From Dehalococcoidia bacterium (lineage in GTDB: Bacteria > Chloroflexota > Dehalococcoidia > WHTO01): a stretch of 39,433 nt of DNA. Made by a program: the position numbers and the translations under genes. The notes under the pieces were generated by a model that saw only the letters and a list, made by a program, of their open reading frames with translations, searched no databases and was not told the DNA's origin. Positions 8,093 to 14,927 of the stretch are shown piece after piece. How positions within the stretch are numbered: position 1 is the first letter of the stretch; each line of letters starts with the position of its first letter. The stretch spans positions 1-39,433 of the forward strand of contig DASTBR010000074.1 of assembly GCA_035711945.1 (NCBI GenBank), written 5' to 3'.

Positions 8093-8940
8093 CCACGCAG
8101 ACAACAGGTGAGCGCATCTCATTGCCGGATGAACAGCTCGCCCGGGAAGCCAGGGGACGACGGGTCAATCCGGGACAAGTGCTGCGCGGGTTGGCGGCTG
8201 AGGCGCTGCCGCCGCTGGCTGCCCTGGTGATCGTGGTTGCGGCCTGGTGGGCTTATGTCGAGATCGACAACACGCCGGAATACTTTCTGCCGGCGCCCGA
8301 TGCTGTGGCCGAGGAGTTGTTCGACAGGCCCGAGTTTTACATCGAGCACGCCTGGTACACGCTGAAGAACGCGCTGGCCGGACTGGCGATCGGCGGCGGG
8401 GCTGCATTGATCCTGGCGGTGGCAATGGCGCACTCGAGGCTGATCGAGAAGAGCGTTTTTCCGATCGCGATTGCGATCAAAGTGACACCAGTGGTAGCGA
8501 TTGCGCCGCTGTTTACGGTGTGGTGGGGCTTCGGTGTGGAGCCGAAGATCGCGGTGGCGGCGTTGATCGCGTGGTTCCCGATGCTGGTTAACGGAATCGT
8601 CGGCTTTCGGTCGGTTGAGCCGGCCGCGCTCGACTTCATGCGCTCGATCGACGCTTCTGCCACTCAGATCTTCAACAAGCTGCGGCTGCCTTCGTCCCTG
8701 CCATATCTGATAGCAGGGCTGCGGGTGGCGCTGCCGTTGAGCATCATTGGGGCGGTTGTGGCCGAGTGGTTCGGCTCGGCGGAGGGGCTCGGGCGGGTAA
8801 TCCAGATCTCGAACGCGAATCTCGACCTGCCGACGGTGTTTGCGGCAGTAGTGGTGCTTGCAATAATCGGCATAGTGCTGAACTTGGCGCTCTCGTTGAT
8901 CGAGCGCAGCGTCTTGAGCTGGCACTCGTCCAACCAGTGA
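8089..8940 (+). CDS. ABC transporter permease (NitT/TauT family)
   Basis: The TTG start overlaps the ATPase stop. It is a multi-span membrane protein with an EAA-like loop (DFMRSIDASATQIFNKLRLPSSLPY). Confidence 0.8.
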   Translation: MTTQTTGERISLPDEQLAREARGRRVNPGQVLRGLAAEALPPLAALVIVVAAWWAYVEIDNTPEYFLPAPDAVAEELFDRPEFYIEHAWYTLKNALAGLAIGGGAALILAVAMAHSRLIEKSVFPIAIAIKVTPVVAIAPLFTVWWGFGVEPKIAVAALIAWFPMLVNGIVGFRSVEPAALDFMRSIDASATQIFNKLRLPSSLPYLIAGLRVALPLSIIGAVVAEWFGSAEGLGRVIQISNANLDLPTVFAAVVVLAIIGIVLNLALSLIERSVLSWHSSNQ

Positions 8941-9004
8941 TCGACCGCGTCGAGCGCAGCCGACGTTGGTAAACCCGAGCAGTTAGTCGGCAAGAAGGAT
9001 GCTT

Positions 9005-10075
9005 ATGTCCCGTTTCTCCACCTGGGTCCTGCGTGTGCTCGCGATCCTGGCGGCCATAGCGGTAGTCAGCGCGTGTGGTGATGACGATGACGCCACAGAC
9101 GGTGAGGTAGAGAGCGAGACGCCGGCGAGCCCTGAGGCCAGTGTCGAACCGACTGAGATTGCGTTTGTGGCAGGGTTCAAGCCTCAGGCGAACCTGCCGT
9201 TCGTGGGTGTGTACGTGGCGCAGGAGCAGGGGTTCTTCGCTGACGAAGGCCTGGAAGTGACGATTGAGCACGACACCGGCGGCCAAGGGGAGGCCGTGCG
9301 GCTTCTTGTCGCGGGCGAAATCGAGTTCACGACGGCAGACGCCGCAGTGGTTATGCAACGGCGCTCGGACCCGGGTCTGCCGCTGCTAGCGGTCGCGCAG
9401 ATCGGACAGACAGGCCAGCAGGGCTACGCAGTGAAGGAGGACTCGGGCATGGATTCGCCCGCGGATTGGGCGGGGAAGATCGTCGGGTTCAAGGGCGCTG
9501 CTGCGCCACCCGACCTGTTCGCAATTCTCGAGGCGAACGGGCTGTCCGAGGATGACATTGAGCTGGTGAACATCGGATTCGATCCGCGGGTGTTCGTAGA
9601 GGGCCAGGTGGACGTCTATCCGTTGTTTTTGTCGAATGAGCCGTTCACGATCGAACAGCGCCTCAACACGCCGATAACGATCTTCGAGGCGGCGGACTAT
9701 GACATTCCGACGCTGGGACTGACGTATGTGACGAGCGAGGACTACGCGGCGGAGGACCCCGAGGCTGTTGAGGCGTTCCTACGCGCGACGCTACGAGGGA
9801 TCTCGTGGGCCGCTGAGAACCGCGACGAGGCCCTGGCGATCGTCGAAATCTATGCGCCGGAAGAGGACCCGGAGCTAATGGCGTTCATGTTCGACACGGA
9901 GCTGGAAGCTGCCCGGGTGGGAGCCGGCACCGAGGGCATCGGTCTGTTCGACGACGAGCGCTGGTTGGCGCTGTATGAGCTATTGCTGGAGCACGAGGGT
10001 CTGACGGAGGAGATAGATCCGGCGGCTGCCTACGATGGGTCGTTCGTTACGGAGATCTACGCTGAGGAGCCGTAG
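9005..10075 (+). CDS. ABC transporter substrate-binding lipoprotein (NMT1/THI5-like)
   Basis: Signal peptide with lipobox VVSAC, then an acidic linker GDDDDATDGEVESE. GAAGGA lies 5 nt before ATG 9005; ATG 8999 is the track start. Confidence 0.8.
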   Translation: MSRFSTWVLRVLAILAAIAVVSACGDDDDATDGEVESETPASPEASVEPTEIAFVAGFKPQANLPFVGVYVAQEQGFFADEGLEVTIEHDTGGQGEAVRLLVAGEIEFTTADAAVVMQRRSDPGLPLLAVAQIGQTGQQGYAVKEDSGMDSPADWAGKIVGFKGAAAPPDLFAILEANGLSEDDIELVNIGFDPRVFVEGQVDVYPLFLSNEPFTIEQRLNTPITIFEAADYDIPTLGLTYVTSEDYAAEDPEAVEAFLRATLRGISWAAENRDEALAIVEIYAPEEDPELMAFMFDTELEAARVGAGTEGIGLFDDERWLALYELLLEHEGLTEEIDPAAAYDGSFVTEIYAEEP

Positions 10076-10531
10076 TCAAGCCGGGATCAGGTTCTCGGCA
10101 CAGACGGGCCAGGGCTCCCAGCCATCCCGCCCCTGGAGGGCAGCCGCGATCCAGCTGTTGTAGACCGGATCGAGCAGTGCATCCGGGTCGAGGCCGTGGA
10201 CAGCGGGATCGATCTGGAACAGCCCGTAGTATGGGACTCCGTCGCTGACAACGGTTGGTACCCCGCCACTCTCGCAGTCGCAGACGGAGGCCGCGTCGTC
10301 GACGCGATCGCCCCAGACAGGTTCGAGGAAAGGCGTAGAGCACCAGCCCTGCTGCAGACCGATGACGAAGGGATAGTTCTGCTGGAGCGGGGGGGCTTCG
10401 GCCGAGTCGGAAGTGAAGCCGAGGGCCAAGGCTGCGAGGAAGAGGACTGCAGCGCCACCAAGCAGAGCGATGAGAGGCTTGAGTGAGGAACTGGTGGTGG
10501 CCGCCGGGCGCCAGTGGTCACCGCTGGTCAC
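10076..10531 (-). CDS. Secreted or membrane-anchored GH23 lysozyme-like / lytic transglycosylase-like protein
   Basis: N-terminal hydrophobic span LIALLGGAAVLFLAALALGF. It has the motifs CDCESGG (catalytic E-S), YYGLFQI and VYNSW, plus 4 Cys. GTG start without a clear SD, 23 nt downstream of the sigma-fusion gene. Confidence 0.55.
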   Translation of the reverse strand: MTSGDHWRPAATTSSSLKPLIALLGGAAVLFLAALALGFTSDSAEAPPLQQNYPFVIGLQQGWCSTPFLEPVWGDRVDDAASVCDCESGGVPTVVSDGVPYYGLFQIDPAVHGLDPDALLDPVYNSWIAAALQGRDGWEPWPVCAENLIPA

Positions 10532-10554
10532 CGATTAATGCTAGCGCTGGGAAG

Positions 10555-12519
10555 TTAAGCGTCCTGACCCGGGTCGTCTTCCTTCTTGCCATCGTTGGCG
10601 ATGTCGGCGGCGTTGGCGCTGTTGCCACCCGTTTCGCCGTTGTCCTTGCAGTGGCCGTAACCGTTGCCATCACCCTGACCGGGCTTGTCGCAGTCGGCGC
10701 CGCAGTTGTGATCATTGCTGCTGTTACCCGGGCAGTCGTCATCACCCTCCCCGCCGTCACCACTGTCTCCCTGACAGCCCTCGGTGTTGGGGTCCTGATC
10801 CTCGCAGGGCGGCTCCTGCTGGCAGCCCTCGGTGTTCGGGTCCTGATCCTGGCACGGTGGCTCCTCCTGGCAGCCCTCGGTGTTCGGGTCCTGGTCCCGG
10901 CACGGTGGCTCCTTTTGACAGCCCTCGGTATTCGGGTCCTGGTCCTCGCAGGGTGGCTGACACTCCTCGGCCTGCGGATTCACGACGCAGGGGTCAGGCG
11001 GCTGACACTCACGAGCGTCCGGGTTTAGGTCACACGGGTCGTCTGGCTGGCAGCCCTCGGTGTTGGGGTCCTGGTCCTCGCAGGGCGGCTCCTTTTGGCA
11101 GCCCTCGGTATTCGGGTCCTGGTCCTCGCAGGGTAGCTCCTGCTGGCAGCCCTCGGTGTTCGGGTCCTGGTCCTCGCAGGGCGGCTCTTCCTGGCAGCCC
11201 TCGGTGTTGGGGTCCTGGTCCACGCAGGGCGGGGATCCTGGTGGCTGGCAAGCCAGCGGGTCGGCCTGGCAATCGGACTGACAGAGCGTTGGGTCGGTGA
11301 TGCAGTCAGGTGCAGCCGCTACCTGCTGACCGGGCGCTTCAGGCGGACCTGGGGGCGGGTCGCTGGTAGGCAGCAGGTCATCGTCCAGGAAGCCGAATTG
11401 TCCAGCGACAGGTGGTATGCCAAGGGGCGGTATGCCATTTGTTCCAGCGGGTGGCTGTCCGAAGTTGCCAGGCCCTGACGGTGGCAGACCGATGCCCGGA
11501 TCAAAGACGAGGGGAGAGGCGGCGTCGCTGACCAGCTCATGGTCGGCGTCCGTGCTACTGCCGGAGCCCATGAAGGGGACGCCGACGTCGAATGCGATGC
11601 CGCTGAGGATGGCGGCAGTCGAAAGCGTCGCCACAGCCATCGTGCCAACGATCGCGGCAGGTGCAGCTCCAGCGCCGGCGCCGGCGCCACCGCCCGGGGC
11701 GAGCTTGCCCGCGGTGTCGGCGGCTCCGCGGCCGAGATGGAGAAGCTTGTCGCGTACCCAGGCGACGGGCAGGAAGAAGGGGATGAAGCCGGCGATGCGG
11801 CGCGTGCGGCGCATCTCTTCCTGTGTGGAGCGGCAGCCTTCGCAGCTTTCGAGGTGGGCTATGACGCGCATGCGGCGCAGGTCGCTGAGCGCGCCACTGG
11901 ATAGGGCCCGCAAGGAGGAGCGCATTTTGTAGCAGGCGAGCGCGGGCGTGTCTGAGCCCGACTGGAGCGAGCTGTATTCGCGTTGGAAGTTGGAGCGCGC
12001 CCTGTGAAGCAGGGTCTCTGTGGCGGAAACCGAGAGGCCGAGCCGGCCAGCGATGCTGACGTAGCTTCGGCCCTGAAGGTTGCGGAGGAGGAGCGCGGCC
12101 CGCTGTTTGTCGGGCAGGCGCTGCAGGGCGCGGGCTGCCAAGCGGCGATCCTCATCCTGTTCGACGACTGTGTCGGGGCCCGGAGCGGGCTCTGGAATCC
12201 AGTCGTGGTCATCGCCGAGGCTCAGGTTCTCGGAGCCGGTGGCACGGTGATGATCGCGCGCGTAGTTGCGGGCGATGGTGCTTAGCCAGGCGAAGAAGGC
12301 CTGCGGCCTGTCCAGGGAGTTAATGCGCTCGTAAGCGCGTGCCCAGGCCTCCTGGGCCGCCTCCTCGGCGATGGGCGCGGGCATAGAAGCCGTTAGGACA
12401 GCGAGAAGGTGCTGGTGGTGACGCTCGTAGAGCGCTTTGTAGGCGCTCTCGTCACCATTCGCTGCCTGAGCGACGAGGAAGGAGTCACTCTCCAGCCTGT
12501 GGTCAGCCTCAATAACCAT
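10555..12519 (-). CDS. ECF sigma factor fused to a zinc anti-sigma domain, a membrane anchor and a Cys-rich repeat ectodomain
   Basis: Sigma-70 region 2 (YKALYERHHQHLLAVL ... FAWLSTIARNYARDHHR) and region 4 HTH (LPDKQRAALLLRNLQGRSYVSIAGRLGLSVSATETLLHRARSNF). These are followed by C-x25-HLESCEGC, the hydrophobic span AAPAAIVGTMAVATLSTAAILSGIAF, a Pro/Gly linker and PCEDQDPNTEGCQxEP repeats. ATG 12519 is preferred; the longest ORF starts at TTG 12582. Confidence 0.8.
   Translation of the reverse strand: MVIEADHRLESDSFLVAQAANGDESAYKALYERHHQHLLAVLTASMPAPIAEEAAQEAWARAYERINSLDRPQAFFAWLSTIARNYARDHHRATGSENLSLGDDHDWIPEPAPGPDTVVEQDEDRRLAARALQRLPDKQRAALLLRNLQGRSYVSIAGRLGLSVSATETLLHRARSNFQREYSSLQSGSDTPALACYKMRSSLRALSSGALSDLRRMRVIAHLESCEGCRSTQEEMRRTRRIAGFIPFFLPVAWVRDKLLHLGRGAADTAGKLAPGGGAGAGAGAAPAAIVGTMAVATLSTAAILSGIAFDVGVPFMGSGSSTDADHELVSDAASPLVFDPGIGLPPSGPGNFGQPPAGTNGIPPLGIPPVAGQFGFLDDDLLPTSDPPPGPPEAPGQQVAAAPDCITDPTLCQSDCQADPLACQPPGSPPCVDQDPNTEGCQEEPPCEDQDPNTEGCQQELPCEDQDPNTEGCQKEPPCEDQDPNTEGCQPDDPCDLNPDARECQPPDPCVVNPQAEECQPPCEDQDPNTEGCQKEPPCRDQDPNTEGCQEEPPCQDQDPNTEGCQQEPPCEDQDPNTEGCQGDSGDGGEGDDDCPGNSSNDHNCGADCDKPGQGDGNGYGHCKDNGETGGNSANAADIANDGKKEDDPGQDA
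10775..11235 (-). repeat. 48-bp in-frame tandem repeat array (8 near-identical units in two blocks of 4, plus 2 degenerate central units)
   Basis: Unit starts (plus strand, CAGCCCTCGGTGTT...) are at 10775, 10823, 10871 and 10919, then 11051, 11099, 11147 and 11195. A diverged segment spans about 10957-11050. Confidence 0.9.
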
Positions 12520-12748
12520 AGTCCGGGCGGAGCGCCGGGGGCTGAGCGCCTGAATATTTGCTTCTTGGTAAAACCGGCGCAAGTTTCCGGTCTGTCACTC
12601 GTCTTATTCAGTGAGAGCCCAAGAAAATTGAGCCGGCCCTCGGGTTGACGGTTAACCTGCCGGCCGACGGTTTCCAGGATCGTGTAAGGTACCCGGCGCC
12701 AAGAGCCCCGAAGCGTCTGGCACACTACCCGACAACAAACGTCGACCA

Positions 12749-12769
12749 GGGAGACGGAAACCGTCTCCC
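12749..12769. other. Strong hairpin in a noncoding region
   Basis: GGGAGACGG-AAA-CCGTCTCCC, a perfect 9-bp stem. Confidence 0.5.
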
Positions 12770-12792
12770 CGAGGACCATCCAATACAACGTT

Positions 12793-12830
12793 GTTTTGGC
12801 CGGTTTGTCACTGGCAAAAGGGGCCAAAAC
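12793..12830. other. Extended hairpin in a noncoding region
   Basis: Perfect outer stem GTTTTGGCC (12793-12801) / GGCCAAAAC (12822-12830). An inner TTTGTCA/TGGCAAA pairing is fully paired only as plus-strand RNA, where it forms a G-U wobble. Confidence 0.45.
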
Positions 12831-12874
12831 CCCGTTTGTAACCGAACCCTTACCAAGTTGTAAAGAAGAGCCCC

Positions 12875-12913
12875 ATGCAAGAGGCCCGCCGGCCAGGGAC
12901 GGGCCTCTTGCAT
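12875..12913 (-). terminator. Intrinsic terminator after rpsI
   Basis: Perfect 14-bp stem ATGCAAGAGGCCCG / CGGGCCTCTTGCAT with an 11-nt loop, 26 nt after the rpsI stop. On the minus strand it is followed by GGGGCTCTTCTTTAC, an imperfect U-tract. Confidence 0.65.
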
Positions 12914-12939
12914 ACCTGCTTTCGGACGGGGGTTGGCCG

Positions 12940-13335
12940 CTAGCGCTTGGTGTACTGAGGCGCCTTACGAGCCCGCTTGAGGCCGGGCTTCTTGCGTTCC
13001 TTCTCGCGCGGGTCGCGCGTGAGGAGGCCTTCCTTACGCAGGGCCTTCTTGTAGCTGTCGTCGGCGGCTGCGAGGGCCCGCGCTATGCCGTGAGTAACCG
13101 CGTCTGCCCAGCCGCTTTCACCGCCGCCGGTGACGCGAGCCTGGACGGTGAACTTGCCCTGGTTGTTGGTCACGGCCAGGGGCTGCTCGACCCGAGCACG
13201 GTGTAGTCCGCGAGGGAAGATCTCTTCCATCGGCTTGCCATTGATGACGAACGCCCCGGCCCCGGGATAGAGGCGGACGCGGGCGATCGCGCTCTTGCGG
13301 CGGCCCGTGCCGTAGTAGTAGTTCTGCTGATTCAA
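12940..13335 (-). CDS. rpsI: 30S ribosomal protein S9
   Basis: Contains GTGRRKSAIARVRL and the C-terminus KKPGLKRARKAPQYTKR. Its start overlaps the rplM stop. Confidence 0.95.
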   Translation of the reverse strand: MNQQNYYYGTGRRKSAIARVRLYPGAGAFVINGKPMEEIFPRGLHRARVEQPLAVTNNQGKFTVQARVTGGGESGWADAVTHGIARALAAADDSYKKALRKEGLLTRDPREKERKKPGLKRARKAPQYTKR

Positions 13336-13799
13336 CCTGACGCCTCCGTGGATGAGCCTGCGGCCCGGCCGGCGGCGTTGAGACTGCCGCGTACCTGCGC
13401 TTCGTGTGGATGGTCGGGACCACGATAGACCTTGAGATGACGGATCTGGGTGCGACCGAGCCTTGTCTTGGGGATCATGCCCCAGACCGCCTTTTCGATG
13501 ATGCGCTCGGGTGCGTTCTGGAGCATGCGCTGGTAGCTCGTCTCCTTGATGCCGCCGTGGTAGCCGGAGTGACGGTAGTAGGTCTTCTGCTCGTCCTTGC
13601 GGCCCGTGAGTATTACCTGCTCAGCGTTGACAACGACGACAAAGTCGCCGACGTCCAGGTGCTCTACAAACGTGGGCTTGTGCTTGCCGCGAAGCAGAGA
13701 GGCTATCTCCGATGCGACGCGGCCAAGAGGCCGGCCGGCGGCGTCGACGACGTGCCAGCGGCGAGTAATCTCAGCCGCACGCGGGCTATAGGTCTTCAT
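13332..13799 (-). CDS. rplM: 50S ribosomal protein L13
   Basis: MKTYSPRAAEITRRWHVVDA is a typical L13 N-terminus, so ATG 13799 is preferred over the track start 13811. Confidence 0.9.
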   Translation of the reverse strand: MKTYSPRAAEITRRWHVVDAAGRPLGRVASEIASLLRGKHKPTFVEHLDVGDFVVVVNAEQVILTGRKDEQKTYYRHSGYHGGIKETSYQRMLQNAPERIIEKAVWGMIPKTRLGRTQIRHLKVYRGPDHPHEAQVRGSLNAAGRAAGSSTEASG

Positions 13800-14562
13800 C
13801 GTTATCACCAAAGTTGAATCCTTCGTAATCGACCCTCATGAGGCAAAGCCCCTCGGGCGGCGCCAGGTGGCGACTTGAGCCGTGCTCGGCCTGTTCAAGG
13901 GTAGCGGTGAGCTCGTCTACGGACATCTTGCCCTGTCCAACGCGGACGAGCGCGCCGGTCATCCTGCGTACCTGCTGAGGAAGGAAGGCATCGCCGACGA
14001 CGTCGAAGCGGACCTTCTCGCCGCGGCGAGACAGGCAGCTGCCAAAGATAGTCCGGGTGGTTGTGCGGCCGGGCTCCAAGGCTCCACAGAAGGCGGCGAA
14101 ATCGTGGCGGCCGACCAGTCGCGAAGCAGCTTCCTGCATGGCCTCGAGGCAGAGCGGCTGAGACACGTGCCAGGCTCGCCCGCGGGCAAGTGCGTCGCGG
14201 GAGCGGCGGGCGAGGATGGTGTAGCGGTACCATCGGCGGGTTGCGTCGCGCCGGGGATCGAAGTCGTCTCGCGCCTCGGCGACGGCGGTAACAGCGATGT
14301 CGGCGGGCAGCAACCCGTTGAGGGCGCCCAGCCAGCCATCGGAGCTGTCAGAGCGATCCGTGGTGAAGGCGGCGACCTGGCCGACGGCGTGGACGCCGGC
14401 GTCGGTGCGCCCGGCGAAGTCGGCCCTGGTCTCGTGGCCGGTCAGGCGCGCGAGGGCTTTCTCAAGCTCGCCCTGGATGGTGGGCTTGTCGGGCTGATAC
14501 TGGGAGCCGGCGTAGGCTGAACCGTCGTACTCAAGGCGGATGGCGAGGCGAGAGTATGACAC
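13786..14562 (-). CDS. truA: tRNA pseudouridine(38-40) synthase TruA
   Basis: Motifs RLEYDGSAYAGSQYQ and the catalytic GRTDAGVHA. GTG start. Confidence 0.9.
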   Translation of the reverse strand: MSYSRLAIRLEYDGSAYAGSQYQPDKPTIQGELEKALARLTGHETRADFAGRTDAGVHAVGQVAAFTTDRSDSSDGWLGALNGLLPADIAVTAVAEARDDFDPRRDATRRWYRYTILARRSRDALARGRAWHVSQPLCLEAMQEAASRLVGRHDFAAFCGALEPGRTTTRTIFGSCLSRRGEKVRFDVVGDAFLPQQVRRMTGALVRVGQGKMSVDELTATLEQAEHGSSRHLAPPEGLCLMRVDYEGFNFGDNDEDL

Positions 14563-14576
14563 CGGACCGGGTCTCG

Positions 14577-14927
14577 TCAGACCAGCTCGACCTGCGCGAG
14601 GGAGGCGCCGTCGCCCTTACGTAGACCCAGCTTGGTCAGCCTCGTGTAACCACCACTGCGGTCGGAGTAGCGAGGAGCGATGTCGGTAAAGACTTTGCCG
14701 ACGACGTCAGGGTCGAGCACGAAAGCGAGGGCGCGGCGCCGTGCGGAGACGCTGCCGTCCTTGCCCAGGGTGATCATCTTTTCGGCCAGGCCACGTACTT
14801 CCTTGGCTCGCGCCTCGGTCGTCTTGATGCGGCCATGGCGAAGCAGGTCGGTGACCTGGTTGCGCAGCATAAGAAGCCGGTGGTCGGTCGGCCGGTTTAG
14901 CTTGCGGTGGCCGAGGCGGTGGCGCAT
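14577..14927 (-). CDS. rplQ: 50S ribosomal protein L17
   Basis: MRHRLGHRKLNRPTDHR is the L17 N-terminus. The ATG overlaps the rpoA stop (TGATG). Confidence 0.95.
   Translation of the reverse strand: MRHRLGHRKLNRPTDHRLLMLRNQVTDLLRHGRIKTTEARAKEVRGLAEKMITLGKDGSVSARRRALAFVLDPDVVGKVFTDIAPRYSDRSGGYTRLTKLGLRKGDGASLAQVELV

Noticed and set aside
8119-8925. 268-aa minus-strand ORF
   Set aside because: It is antisense to the ABC permease. Its Arg/His/Pro/Gln-rich composition is implausible for a protein.
10087-10521. Alternative 144-aa minus-strand frame overlapping the lysozyme-like gene
   Set aside because: It is Ser/Arg/Pro-rich and featureless, whereas the 10076..10531 frame has a signal or anchor and GH23-like motifs.
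10483-11028. 181-aa plus-strand ORF with LLLAALGVRVL repeats
   Set aside because: It is the reverse frame of the 48-bp repeat array. Its apparent repeats follow from the minus-strand repeats, and the minus frame continues from a recognisable sigma/anti-sigma protein.
10775-11235. Possible CRISPR array, because of regularly spaced repeats
   Set aside because: The units are contiguous with no unique spacers. The period is a multiple of 3 and in frame with the coding sequence, and no cas genes are nearby.
12835-12874. tRNA-like GGTTCGG T-loop-like motif on the minus strand
   Set aside because: No acceptor, D or anticodon stems can be drawn around it, and it sits just after the rpsI terminator.
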